A DNA stretch of 64,000 bases from Eledone cirrhosa (GCA_964016885.1 OZ024740.1:159526001-159590000), one strand, 5' to 3'; numbered from the stretch's first letter, positions 1 through 14,650 are shown. Numbers and translations are program-made. Notes: generated by a model not told the origin, from the letters alone.

Positions 1-764
1 ATGCTCACAGATTCAAACACATCACACACATATAACCACACCTATAGATGCATATACCCTCCACACACACACACATAAACTGTGACTCATTGTTCCCTCC
101 TCCACATATATATATATTCTATTAAAAGTCTTCTGCCGGATATATAATGCCATTTTTCCTGATAATCCAATAGCACAATAATATCAAACAATGAGAAAAC
201 TCCTGGCTTCAATATGTCGATGGAAGACAAATAATAAACACTCCTTTAAATTACATTTTCCTTCTTCACCTCCTTGCTCTCTGCCCTCCTCTCCTTTCTC
301 AACCTCTCTTCCTTGTTCTTTCTCTAACAATAAATAAATAAATAAATAAATAAATAAAATAATTGAAATTGCAATAATAGAAAATAAAAAATAAAAAAAT
401 AATCCAAAAATGTCTAAAAGCACAGTAAAATAAAATGAAAATGCCCCAATTTATTTGCGATTGCTTCATTCTGATATTTTCTGCTTATGAAATTCTATCA
501 AGATATAGACATACTGACAAGACACTACACTGAAGAAACAACTAGCATTTTCTTGTGTGAAGCCAGATTTTCTTGCTAAAATTCCTTTTCATTTGCCTAA
601 TTCATTTTATGCCTATCCTGGAGAATGTATTGTTTCTTACAAAGGTTAATTAAATTCATAAAATTGAACAGTGCATGAGAAAATCTTCAGCAGCAAATGT
701 AGTTTATAAATAAATATATATATATATATATATATATATCTGTGTGTGTGTACATATGATTCAA

Positions 765-925
765 CCATGGTTGTGTGGTTAAGAAGTTCACTTTACAACT
801 AAATGGTATGGGTTCTATTCCAGTGCATTACACCATCGAAACATATCTTCAACTATATCTGTAAGCAGACCAATGCCTAGTGAATGAGTTTAGTTGGTAT
901 AAACTGTGAGCTATCCCATTGTATA
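765..925 (+). mobile_element. Degenerate tRNA-derived SINE
   Basis: A-box-like TGGTTGTGTGGTTAAG and B-box-like GGTTCTATTCC, followed by a body that ends in a (TA)n tract. Confidence 0.5.
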
Positions 926-939
926 TATATATATATATA

Positions 940-1090
940 TAACAAAGAGCTGTGTGGTAAGATACCAGGTGGACCATAACGCACCATTGTACTCAATACT
1001 TGGGTAGTAGAGTGGGTAATAGGAAAAGAGTCAGAAACCCGACGGCTCAGCTCTGGCCGTTCAACAGTTGGATCCATTCGGATCTTTTAC
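940..1090. repeat. Fragment of a dispersed non-coding repeat family (related copies at 16846-17017 and 39529-39730)
   Basis: Shares GTGTGGTAAG..CCAG.TGGACCATAA.GCACCA with 16855-16890 and AGCTCTGGCC..TTCAACAG.T.GATCCA with 39556-39586; starts at a (TA)n tract. Confidence 0.55.
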
Positions 1091-1095
1091 TATCT

Positions 1096-1290
1096 ATCAT
1101 CATCAACATCACCGTTTTACGTCCGTTCTTCCACACTAGCATGGGTTAGACAGGTTATCATGTTGTGGACAGTGTCCGGTCTGCTGACTTTGCCTTGCTC
1201 ATACGGGAACTGATTCTGACTTGATTTCTACAGCTGGATGACCTTCCTAACACCAACCTCATTTACAGTGAGTGCTGGGTGCTTTCTTTC
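1096..1290 (-). mobile_element. RTE LINE family B 3' UTR fragment
   Basis: Near-identical to 14659-14850; reverse-complement (GAT)n tail at 1096-1110. Confidence 0.8.
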
Positions 1291-3348
1291 CAGAGGGACC
1301 AGCAGGGATAGTCGAAGGTAGTATAATAAGTAAGGCAATCAAAGATATGAAGGCGAGTAAGGCGGCTGGGCCTTCGGAAATAGTTGCTGAGATGCTGAAA
1401 GCCTCTGGAACGGTGTGACACACCATGGTCACCCGGATAGTAAACCAAGTCATACAGAATGGGGTTGTTCCGAAGGACTGGCGTAGCAGCATCATCATTA
1501 ACTGTTACAAGGATAAAGGAGATGTCCTAGATAGGAGTAACTATAGAGGCATTAAATTAATTGACCAGGTCATGATGTCACAGAAAAAGTAATAGTGCAA
1601 CTAATCAGAGAGCGAATTGATCTATATGAAATGCAGTTCGGGTTTGTGTCAGGCAAAAGTACCACAGACGCTTTTTCATTGTTCGACAACTACAAGAGAA
1701 GTACCTAGCTAAAAGTAAACCCCTATACTTAGCTTTTGTCGCCTTGGAAAAAGCCTTCGATAGATTCCTCGATTCCATTATCTGGTGGGCTCTTAGAAAA
1801 CTAGGTGTTGACGAATGGCTTGTGAGAGCTATACAAGCCATGTATAAAGAAACAGTTAGCAAGGTTAGAATTAACAACGAATATAGTGAAGAGTTTATCG
1901 TAAAAGTTGGTGTTCATCAGGGCTCCGTTCTTAGCCCCCTACTATTTATTATTGCCCTTCAGGCTATAACAGTTCAGTTCAAGACCGGCTGCCCATGGAA
2001 ACTCCTATACGCAAATGATCTAACGCTCATAGCTGAATCAATGGCCGAGCTAGAGAAGAAATTCCAAACATGGAAGCACGGCCTAGAATCAAAAGGCCTT
2101 AAAATTAACCTGGCTAAGACTAGTTGTAGGAAGGAAAATAGGGCGCCGGTCCCATCCGGGAAATGGCCATGCTCAGTGTGTAGGAAAGGCGTAGGTAGAA
2201 ACTCCATTTTATGTCCCAAATGCAAAGTATGGGTGCATAAAAGATGCAGTGGAATCACAGGTAAGCTAACTAAGCACATAGATTTTACATGTGGCCGGTG
2301 CTCTGGTGCAATAAGTAGCAGCAAGTGCCCACAAAATACTAGCTCTTTCAATTGCACAGAGGGTTCTATAGAAATAGTGGACAGCTTCCGTTACCTGGGT
2401 GACAAAATCAGCAGTCGGGGAGGGTGCTCTGAAAGTACAGTAGCTAGAGTCAGAACTGGATGGAAAAAGTTCAAAGAGCTTATACCACTATTAGCCGCTA
2501 AAGGGTTCTCCCTAAAAATGAAAGGCAGGTTGTATGATGCCTGCATACGAACAACAATGTTGCATGGCAGTGAGACCTGGGCATTGTGTGCAGAGGATAT
2601 ACGCAGACAAGAGAGGAACGAAGCTTGCATGCTCCGCTGGATTTGTAATAGTAATATACGTGAATGGCAAAGCATTAACGAACTAAGGGAAAAATTAGAA
2701 ATAAGAGGGATCAGATGTTGTTTACTCGAGAGGAGGCTACGTTGGTATGGTCACGTGATGCGCATGAAAGACGATAGCTGTATAAAAAAGTGCAGGGCAA
2801 TAAAAATAGACGGTAGCCACGGAATAGGCAGACCCAGAAAAACCTGGGACGACTTGATAAATTCCGACCTCACACACTTACCCCTCTCCAAGACAATGTC
2901 ACTGGAGCGAGACCTTTGGCGGTAGTCAGTAATAGAGAAGACCTGCCTTACCTAAATACAAAGTAAAACCTACTACAGTCAGTAGGCACCTCTAACAAAA
3001 TACATCCCCGTCTCACTACCCCCACCCCATCCACACCGCCCCTTTCAATGTAAAGTTATGTTGGTACCACAACATCCAGGCCGAAACAAATGAGGTCGTG
3101 TAGGTGTGACGACAAAAAAACACACAGTCCACGCTGTAATGTGGCCGTATAGGTAACATGGTAAAAACCTCCCAGTTCCACACTGTAAATGTGGTTGGTG
3201 TTAGGAAGGGCATTCAGCCGAAGAAAACCCGCCAGCCAGTCCTATGCGAGCAAGACAACCACTCTTGCTTCAAGTGGGAAAACTCCCGTTCAAACCCATG
3301 CAAGCGTGGAATATGGACGTTAAACGATGATGATGATGATGATGATGA
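1291..3348 (+). mobile_element. 5'-truncated RTE LINE family A, RT pseudogene
   Basis: ORF 1744-2925 has GVHQGSVLSP, YAND (mutated YADD), a PHD-like Cys cluster and RRLRWYGHV; upstream frameshifts; 3' UTR and (GAT)n tail. Confidence 0.95.
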
Positions 3349-3580
3349 TATTTATATATATATAGTTATATATATATATTTATATATATATATTTATATA
3401 TATATATTTATATATATATTTTTAAATATATATATTTTAATATATATTTATTTATATATATATATTTTTATATATATATATTTATATATATATATATATT
3501 TTTATATATATATATTTATATATATATATTTATATATATATATTTATATATATATATTTATATATATATATTTATATATT

Positions 3581-3614
<34 letters not shown>

Positions 3615-3928
3615 TATATATATATATATTTATATTTATGTATATTTATATGTATATATATATATATATTTATATATTTATATATATATATTTATATATA
3701 TATATTTATATATATTTATATATTTATATATATATATTTATATATATATAATTATATATTTATATATATATATTTATATATATATTTTTTTATATATATA
3801 TATTTTTATATATATTTATTTATATATATATATATTTATATATATATATATTTATATATATATATATTTATATATATATATATTTTTATATATATATATA
3901 TTTATATATATATATTTATATATATATT

Positions 3929-3961
<33 letters not shown>

Positions 3962-4004
3962 TTATATATATATTTATATATATATATATTTATATATATA
4001 TATA
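3349..4004. repeat. (TA)n microsatellite with TT interruptions
   Basis: Direct inspection. Confidence 0.95.
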
Positions 4005-6923
4005 AGGCTCCAGAATCCTGGAATTCTGTGACGCAAATAACTTAACTATCTGTAACACTAACTTCAAAAAACGAGACAATCACTTGATCACCTATAGATC
4101 GGGGGAACACACAAGCCAGGTAGATTATATCCTTACCAGAAGACGTGACAGAGTGTCTGTTGTTAACACTAAATCCCTCCCTCATGAAGAATTCACCTCC
4201 CAACATAGACTGATAATTAGCGACCTCATAGTCAGGACGAGACGTACTAGACAGCGGAAGAGGACTATCCTCAGGAGAAAAATATGGAAGCTAAAGGACC
4301 CCATAGCCAGAAATAAATTTCAAAGCATATTACTTGACGCTTTCGACAGTAAGGAAGAGCAATTAGAGTCGTATAATATAGAGGAACAGTGGGAATTCCT
4401 GAGAGCAAACCTGCTGACGGCGGCAGACGAAGTCTGTGGCTGGAGCAGGCCTGTAGGTAGGAGGAGAGTAACATGGTGGTGGAACAGTAAGGTGGAGGAG
4501 TCAATTAAGGCCAAAAAGCAGGCTTGGAAAGTATGGCGGGATGGGGGAAGTAGAGAAGACTATCAAGTGGCCAGGAGGGAAGCTAGGAGACAAGTGTACT
4601 TCGCAAGAAGGGAAGCAGAGGAAAGAAAGTTCAAGCATGTTCTACAACGTGAGGACCAAAAACGTGAGGTGTTCAGGATTGCCAGGCAATGTGCCAAGGA
4701 AAACCGTGATATTGTCGGGGAGAAGTGTGTACTTAACGATGATGGCATACTTGCCATCACCGACGCTGATAAGAAGGTAGCTTGGAAGTGTCACTACGAA
4801 AAGGAGAACAAATGGGAGAAAGACAGTCTCCCCCAGATCGATCCAATAGAGGGACCAGCAGTGTTAGTTGAAGGTAGTATAATAAGTAAGGCAATCAAAG
4901 ATATGAAGACGGGTAAGGCGGCTGGGCCTTCGGAAATAGTTGCTGAGATGCTGAAGGCATCTGGTTCGGTGGGACACACCATGGTCACCCGGATAGTTAA
5001 CCAAGTCGTACAGAATGGGGTTGTTCCGAAGGACTGGCGTAGCAGCATCATCGTTAACTGCTATAAGGGAAAAGGAGATGCCCTAGATAGGAGTAACTAT
5101 AGAGGCATTAAATTAATCGACCAGGTCATGAAGGTCACGGAAAAAGTAATAGCGCAACTAATCAGAGAGAGAATTGATCTAGATGAAATGCAGTTCGGGT
5201 TTGTGTCAGGCAAAAGTACCACAGACGCTCTTTTCATTGTACGACAACTACAGGAGAAGTACCTAGCTAAAAGTAAACCCCTATACTTAGCTTTCGTCGA
5301 CTTGGAGAAAGCCTTCGACAGAGTCCCCCGTTCCATTATCTGGTGGTCTCTTAGAAAACTAGGTGTTGACGAATGGCTTGTGAGAGCTATACAAGCCATG
5401 TATAAAGAAACAGTCAGTAAGGTTAGAATTAACAACGAATATAGTGAAGAGTTTAGCGTAAAAGTTGGTGTCCATCAGGGCTCTGTTTTTAGCCCCCTAC
5501 TATTTAATATTGCCCTTCAGGCTATAACAGAGGAGTTCAAGACCGGCTGCCCATGGGAACTCCTATACGCAGATGATCTAACGCTCATAGCTGAATCAAT
5601 GACCGAACTAGAGAAGAAATTCCAAACATGGAAGCACGGCCTAGAATCAAAAGGCCTTAAAATTAACCTGGCTAAGACCAAAGTTCTAGTTTGTAGGAAA
5701 GAAAATAAGGCGGCGGTCCCATCTGGGAAATGGCCATGCTCAGTGTGTAGGAAAGGCGTAGGTAGAAACTCCATTTTATGTCCCAAATGCAAAGTATGGG
5801 TACATAAAATATGTAGTGGGATCACAGGTAAGCTAACTAAGAACATAGATTTTACATGTGGCCGGTGCTCTGGTGCAATAAGTAGCAGCAAGTGCCCAAA
5901 AATACTAGCTCCTTCAACTGCGCAGAGGGTTCTATAGAAATAGTGGACAGCTTCCGTTATCTGGGTGACAAAATCAGCAGTGGGGAAGGGTGCTCTGAAA
6001 GTACAGTAGCTAGAGTCAGAACTGGATGGAAAAAGTTCAGAGAGCTTATACCACTATTAGCCGCTAGAGGGTTCTCCCTAAAAATGAAAGGCAGGTTATA
6101 CGATGCCTGCATACGAACAGCAATGCTGCATGGCAGTGAGACCTGGGCATTGTGTGCAGAGGATATACGCAGACTAGAGAGGAACGAAGCTTGCATGCTC
6201 CGCTGGATGTGCAATAGTAATATACGTGAACGGCAAAGCATAAACGAACTAAGGAAAAAATTAGAAATAAGAGGGATCAGATGTTGTTTACTCGAGAGAA
6301 GGCTACGTTGGTACGGTCACGTGGTGCGCATGAAAGACGACAGCTGTATAACAAAGTGCAGGGGCAATAAAGATAGACGGTAGCCACGGAGTAGGCAGAC
6401 CCAGAAAAACATGGGACGAGCTGATAAATTCGACCTCACACGCTTACACCTCTCCAAGACAATGTCACTGACCGAGACCTTTGGCGGTAGTCAGTAATAG
6501 AGAAGACCCGCCTTACCTAAATACAAAGTAAAAACCTACTACAGTCAGTAGGCATCTCTATCAAAACACACCCCGTCCCACCACCTCCACCCCACCCACA
6601 CCGCCCCTTTCAATGTAAGTAATGTTGGTCCCACAACATCCAGGCCGAAACAAATGAGATCGTGTAGGTGTCACGACAAAAAACACACAAACACACAGTC
6701 CACGCTGTAAATGTGGCCGTGTAGGCAACACGGTAAAAACCTCCCAGCCCCACACTGTAAATGTGGTTGGTGTTAGGAAGGGCATCCAACTGTAGAAAAC
6801 CCGCCAGACAGTCCTATGCGAGCAAGACAACCACTCTTGCCTCAAGTGGGAAAACCCCCGTCCAAACCCATGCAAGCGTGGAACACGGACGCTAAACCTG
6901 ATGATGATGATGATGATGATGAT
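4005..6923 (+). mobile_element. 5'-truncated RTE LINE family A (C-terminal APE endonuclease plus RT), frameshifted
   Basis: ORF 4084-5937 (SQVDYIL, SQHRL, FVDLEKAFDRV, YADD) continues in 5892-6383 after a 1-nt deletion near 5898; same 3' UTR and (GAT)n tail as 59670-63213. Confidence 0.96.
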
Positions 6924-6996
6924 ATATATTTATATATATATTTATATATATATATTTATATATATATATTTATATATATATATATATTTATATATA

Positions 6997-7085
<89 letters not shown>

Positions 7086-7100
7086 TTACATATATATAAT

Positions 7101-7134
<34 letters not shown>

Positions 7135-7248
7135 TATATATATATATTTATATATATATATATTTATATATATATATTTATATATATATATATTTATATT
7201 TATATATATATATTTATGTATATATAGATATATTTATATATATATATT

Positions 7249-7339
<91 letters not shown>

Positions 7340-7439
7340 GTGTATATATATAGATATATATATATATATATATATATATGTGTATATATATATATATAAA
7401 ATATATATTTAGATATATATATAGATATATATATATATA
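6924..7439. repeat. (TA)n microsatellite
   Basis: Direct inspection. Confidence 0.95.
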
Positions 7440-7702
7440 GCGGCGATGAATTAGTTTTGCGAGGTTTTTTATATGAAATCGTGTGTCGAAACAAATATTG
7501 TTATACTTGGGGAGGGTCATATTTGTGTAATATTACCAGAATTAATAACACAACACACTCACTGTTTGGTTGATTTTCGCTTCTCGCTTCTGTGTCTTTT
7601 ATATCGGTAATCTAACTTACTCGGTCCTCAATGTTGCCATTGACTGACCGACGGTCAAAAATAATACAGATACAATATAGACACAAACACATATATATAG
7701 TT

Positions 7703-7746
7703 TATCATAAATCTTTCGTTGCACATCTGCAACATCGTCAGTGGTG
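7703..7746 (-). ncRNA. Minimal type I hammerhead ribozyme-like motif in the pLTR
   Basis: ACCA CUGACGA U GUUGCA-gaug-UGCAAC GAAA GAUU UA UGAU; inverted copy on + at 8427-8470. Confidence 0.7.
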
Positions 7747-7985
7747 TTATCGTTTCCTCCTGTTGTATTATATGTCTACGCCATTTTTATTCAGTCTGTC
7801 TATATATTTATTTATTTATTTATTTGCTTGTTTGTTTATTTTAATTTGGCTTCTTTGCGCATGCGTTTGCGTGTGTGTATAGTGTTTTGTTTGCTGTGTG
7901 ATGGGAGACAAGTGTGTGTTTATGTGCTTGTTGTTATTGTGTTTGTGTATGTATTTATTTATTTTATTTTATTTTATTTACTTAT

Positions 7986-8378
7986 TTATACTTCTCTTAG
8001 GTCAGTGTTGTTTGTTTGGGTGTTGTTGTTATTCCATTCATTCTTTCTGTTTAGTCTTGGCCTTCTAATTTCTATTTCACTGGCCTCTCTGATTTTCCTA
8101 TCTGCTGGGTCATTTCTATGTTTAGATATTATTCTAATTTCTATGTTGTTTATGTTACCGTCATGTTGTTGTCTAGCATGTTCGTATAGTACTGACCCGT
8201 TTTTTCGTCCTTTTAGGTCCCCCCAGTGTTGGTCTATCCTTTCACCTATGCTACGAGCTGTCTCACCTATGTATGTTGTTGTCATGTTTCTGCAAGTACC
8301 CTCTGTACATCTTATGCTATAGACTACGTTTCTAGTTTTACAGTTCATTCGGGGGTTTACCTTACATATGATACACTT
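7986..8378 (-). pseudogene. PLE GIY-YIG endonuclease, C-terminal fragment
   Basis: CIIC...CKTRNVVY-x3-C...C...YIGETAR...R...H...H...H...E...LN: GIY-YIG core with CCHH and an upstream Cys knuckle (Neptune-like); the N-terminal part of ORF 7986-8432 comes from the inverted pLTR. Confidence 0.88.
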
Positions 8379-8681
8379 CTGAATAAAAATGGCGTAGACA
8401 TATAATACAACAGTAGGAAACGATAACACCACTGACGATGTTGCAGATGTGCAACGAAAGATTTATGATAAACTATATATATGTGTTTGTGTCTATATTG
8501 TATCTGTATTATTTTTGACCGTCGGTCAGTCAATGGCAACATTGAGGACCGAGTAAGTTAGATTACCGTTATAAAAGACACAGAAGCGAGAAGCGAGCAC
8601 CTTTGGCATACGCTACTTGGCAAATAACTATATGTATCACCTATCCTCCACTTTTTTCTCTTTCTCGATACGTAAATACTG

Positions 8682-9742
<1,061 letters not shown>

Positions 9743-10273
9743 AAAGAATTAGTATATCTACCAACATATATATACAGATGCATACCTATGCTAGCAAATA
9801 TATAGGTTTTGTCTTAGTAACTTTGTGGTACAATGCAAGTTAATTTTTATAATTTTCTAATTTTACGTCTTTCATATAATTGTTCTGCATCCTCTTGCAT
9901 TGAACCACAAAGTTACTAAGACAAAACCTATATATTTGCTAGCATAGGTATACATCTGTATATATATGTTGGTAGATACACTAATTCTTTATAATTATCT
10001 CCAAATTATTTTGTTTAGCAAAAAATTGCCAAAATTACTACTACTATGGTTCATAGTAATAGCCAGGCTACTGTCTTATTAGCACCCCCACTCCTCACTG
10101 ATTGACCTCGACGTCACGTGATTGATTCTTTTGAATTTGCCACCGACCAAGTAGGCAGTGATTTTTTCAATGTCCTGGAATTTAGTCCTCGCTTGCTTTT
10201 TTCCATCCACTGAATTATTTTTGTATAAGTTCCCTGTGTCCACGCATTGCCTGGGAATTAGCTGAGAATAGAT

Positions 10274-10357
10274 CTCCCTGATGGTGAAAGGATTTTTCTC
10301 CATGTTGTTCCAATCGGAAACCATGTTTATTCCCTTTCAGAAACTAATTAGTTGGAG
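10274..10357 (+). ncRNA. Hammerhead ribozyme-like motif with enlarged stem II loop (unit 1)
   Basis: CUCC CUGAUGG UGAAAGG...CCUUUCA GAAAC UAAUUA GUU GGAG. Confidence 0.65.
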
Positions 10358-10803
10358 TGAAATTTTAGTAAGTTAATTTTTATAATTTTCGTATTTTACG
10401 TCATTCATATAATTGTTCTCCATCCCCTTGCATTGAACCACAAAGTTACTAAGACAAAACCTATATATTTGCTAGCATAGGTATGTATCTGTATATATAT
10501 GTTGGTAGATATACTAATTCTTTATAATTATCTCCAAATTATTTTGTTGAGCAAAAATTTGCCAAAACTACTACTATGGTTCATAGTAATAGCCAGTTAA
10601 CTGTCTTATTAGCACCTCACTCCTCACTGATTGACCTCGACGTCACGAGATTGATTCTTTTGAATTTGCCACCGCCAAGTAGGCAGTGATTTTTTTCAAT
10701 GTCCTGGAATTTAGTCCTCGCTTGCTTTTTTCCATCCACTGAATTATTTTTGTATAAGTTCCCTGTGTCCACGAATTGCCTGGGAACTTATCTGAGAATA
10801 GAT

Positions 10804-10887
10804 CTCCCTGATGACGAAAGGATTTTACTCCATGTTGTTCCCATCGAAAACCATGTTTATTCCCTTTCAGAAATTAATTAGTTGGAG
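10804..10887 (+). ncRNA. Hammerhead ribozyme-like motif (unit 2)
   Basis: CUCC CUGAUGA CGAAAGG...CCUUUCA GAAAU UAAUUA GUU GGAG. Confidence 0.65.
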
Positions 10888-10935
10888 TGAAATTTTAGTA
10901 AGTTAATTTTTATAATTTTCTTATTTTACGACTTT

Positions 10936-11504
<569 letters not shown>

Positions 11505-11588
11505 AAAGTTATATTTAAAATGTTGGGTTACAACGAGTAAATATTTATAACTGATATAAAGCACTCAACAAGTATTTGGAGTATATTT

Positions 11589-11783
11589 ACGATATTAAAT
11601 AAATGGAAATTATATTTATAAAACCATATTTATTTCATTATATATATTTCAGGGATATCATATTAACAATTTATTGTATTTTGTCTGAAGAAGGCATAAC
11701 ATATTGTTAATATGATATCCCTGAAATATATATAATGAAATAAATATGGTTTTATAAATATAATTTCCATTTATTTAATATCG

Positions 11784-11784
<1 letters not shown>
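11589..11784. repeat. Fold-back inverted repeat (82 bp arms, 32 bp loop)
   Basis: 11589-11670 is the reverse complement of 11703-11784; the loop contains CTGAAGA. Confidence 0.9.
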
Positions 11785-11814
<30 letters not shown>

Positions 11815-11837
11815 ATTTATATATATTTATATATATT

Positions 11838-11870
<33 letters not shown>

Positions 11871-12045
11871 ATATATTTATATAGTATTATGGATAGTATT
11901 TATGGTTATGTATATACTAAAACTTTATATAGTTATATATATTTTAAACCCTAAACAGTGAAAGACAGTAATTTATTACTACCTTATTACCAGTTAGATA
12001 AATAGCTCAATGTAATAACCTCAGTTGTTATACAGAGCAGTTATT

Positions 12046-13002
12046 TAGAATTCACATGTATCAAATTTCTGTTCAAACCATTTATTAACTTACAATTGTT
12101 TCATCTAAACCGATGTTTGGTTTCTTCGGAGCATTATTTAATGTGTGTATACATTCATAACCTCCTTTCCAACACAAGAGACATAAAAATAATAATTTAT
12201 ATATTGATACACAGTGGGGTAACATCCATTACAATATTTTTGCATGGCAATTTAAATTCAAAAATTAAAATCATACTAAAACAGAATCAAAGCAAAATTA
12301 AAGTTAAAATACAACATCGGCAGTTAATGCAAGAGGATAGTTTGTTAGTCAGTTGTAGTAGTTATTGCATGCAATAGTTACACGTGGGGCATGCACGTGT
12401 GTCTTATTTATATATGATTATTGTGCGGCACGGTGTTATATGTAATACAAGCACTTTAAGCGGGTAATCAAGAGTATTATGGAGGTTGTAGTGGTAAATT
12501 ATTTTTTGTGTTTGATAAAGAAGCTTGTGTACAGAGAAATATTATAAATGAGAAGCAAAATAATGTTATGATTTTTGTATACACCACCATTTTCACAATG
12601 CAGGAAACGTAATATATAGTTTCTATGTCCTTCACATAATTAACGATGATTTAGTATTGGATGTTTGATGAACTATTGAACTATTGCATGCAATAACTAC
12701 TACAACTGACTAAAAAACTATCCTCTTGCATTAACTGCCGATGTTGTATTTTAACTTTAATTTTGCTTTGATTCTGTTTTAGTATGATTTTAATTTTTGA
12801 ATTTAAATTGCCATGCAAAAATATTGTAATGGATGTCACCCCACTGTGCATCAATATATATGTATGTCTCTTGTGTTGGAAAGGAGGTCATGAATGTATA
12901 CAAACATTAAATAATGTTCCGAAGAAACCAAACCTCGGTTTGGATGAAACAATTGTAAGCTAATAAATGGTTTGATCAGAACTTTGATTCATGTGAATTC
13001 TA
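12046..13002. mobile_element. Fold-back element with ~330 bp inverted arms, each carrying a hammerhead-like motif (PLE pLTR-derived)
   Basis: 12046-12379 pairs with 12679-13002; flanked by TA-rich tracts. Confidence 0.8.
12914..12962 (+). ncRNA. Minimal hammerhead ribozyme-like motif (CCGAAGA core variant)
   Basis: GUU CCGAAGA aa CCAAACC-uc-GGUUUGG au GAAAC AAUU GUA AGC; inverted copy at 12088-12132. Confidence 0.65.
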
Positions 13003-13046
13003 TATATTTATATATATATATTTATATATATATATTTATATATATA

Positions 13047-13147
<101 letters not shown>

Positions 13148-13206
13148 TTATATATATATTTATATATATATATATTTATATATATATATGTATTTATATA
13201 TATATT

Positions 13207-13245
<39 letters not shown>

Positions 13246-13248
13246 ATT

Positions 13249-13279
<31 letters not shown>

Positions 13280-13301
13280 ATATTTTTATATATATATATA
13301 T

Positions 13302-13491
13302 ATTAGAAATTAGAAATTATAAGCTTTCACCGTATTTTTAGACTAAAGAAATTTCAAGCCTGAAAGTATTGCCGTACATGGTACGGCAACACTCATCTTT
13401 TTCCATTTCTCCGAGGGTTATAAACCCCACTATCAGGCTAGAAATTTCTTTTGTCTAACAATATGGTGAAAGTTTATAATTTCTAATTTCT
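13302..13491. repeat. Fold-back element (family also at 58093-58204)
   Basis: 13302-13366 pairs with ~13430-13491; the segment from ACGGCAACACTCATC onward recurs at 58093. Confidence 0.75.
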
Positions 13492-13559
13492 CATTTCAAA
13501 CTCGCGCACTGCTTCAAAAACATACTTACATGTTTAAGTTTATAATATATATATATATT

Positions 13560-13592
<33 letters not shown>

Positions 13593-13593
13593 A

Positions 13594-13662
<69 letters not shown>

Positions 13663-13666
<4 letters not shown>

Positions 13667-14153
13667 TCATCATCATCAACGTTTAACGTCCGTGTTCCAC
13701 GCTTGCATGGGTTTGGACGGGGGTAGTCCCACTTGAGGCAAGAGTGGTTGTCTTGCTCGCATAGGACTGTCTGGCAGGTTTCCTACAGTTGGATGCCCTT
13801 CCTAACACCAACCACATTTACAGTGTGGGTCTGGGAGGTTTTTACCGTGTTGCCTACACGGCCACATTACAGCGTGGACTGTGTGTTTTTTTGTCGTGAC
13901 ACCTACACGATCTCATTTGTTTCGGCCTTGATGGCGCGGCACCAACATAACTTTACATAGAACGGGGTGGTGTGGATGGGGTTGGGGTGGTGGTGGTGGG
14001 ATGGGGTGTATTTTGTTAGAGATGCCTACTGGCTGGAGTAGGTTTTACTATGTATTTAGGTAAGGCGGGTCTTCTCTGTTACTGAGTACCGCCAAAGGTC
14101 TCGGTCCAGTGACATTGTCTTTGAGAGGTGTAAGTGTGTGAGGTCGGAGTTTA

Positions 14154-14156
<3 letters not shown>
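13663..14156 (-). mobile_element. RTE family A 3' fragment
   Basis: Reverse complement of the family A ORF end, 3' UTR and (GAT)n; embedded in (TA)n. Confidence 0.92.
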
Positions 14157-14249
<93 letters not shown>

Positions 14250-14302
14250 ATATTTATATATTTATATTTATATATTTATATATTTATATATATATATATA
14301 TT

Positions 14303-14650
14303 TCATCATTTCATCATTTCATTTTACGTCCGCTTTTCCCTGCTTGCAAGGGTGGGACGGGAACTGATTCTGGCTTGATTTCTACAGCTGGATGCCCTTC
14401 CTAACACCAACCTCATTTACAGTGAGTGCTGGGTGCTTTTTTTTTTGCCGTGGCACCTCCACGACCACTTTACAGAGGAATGATAGGGACACCAGTCCCT
14501 ATCATCTCATTTCTACAGCTGAGTAAACTGGAGCAATGTGAAATAAAGTGTATTGCTCAAGGAAACAACACATCACCCGGTCTGAGAATTGAACTCACAA
14601 CCTTTCGATTGCAAGGCCAATGCTCTAACCACTAAGCCATGTGCTTCCAT
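14303..14650 (-). mobile_element. tRNA-derived SINE with RTE-derived tail
   Basis: Head GCACATGGCTTAGTGGTTAGAGC...GAGTTCAATTCTC (A/B boxes); near-identical to 44378-44726 and 57285-57627. Confidence 0.85.

Larger units (their letters stand above)
7440..8690 (-). mobile_element. 5'-truncated Penelope-like element (PLE) with inverted pseudo-LTRs
   Basis: ~220 bp inverted repeats at 7577-7794 and 8379-8596 flank a GIY-YIG endonuclease fragment; (TA)n on both sides. Confidence 0.9.
9743..10935 (+). mobile_element. Non-coding PLE pLTR/retrozyme-like element: two tandem ~530 bp units plus a 5' inverted segment
   Basis: 9743-9839 is the reverse complement of ~9894-9990; units repeat with period 530; same family at 30243-30985. 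Confidence 0.8.

Noticed and set aside
1030-1080. Hammerhead in the 940/16846/39529 family (and the 13302 family)
   Set aside because: A hairpin and partial core are visible, but I could not assemble CUGANGA, GAAA and stem I consistently across copies.
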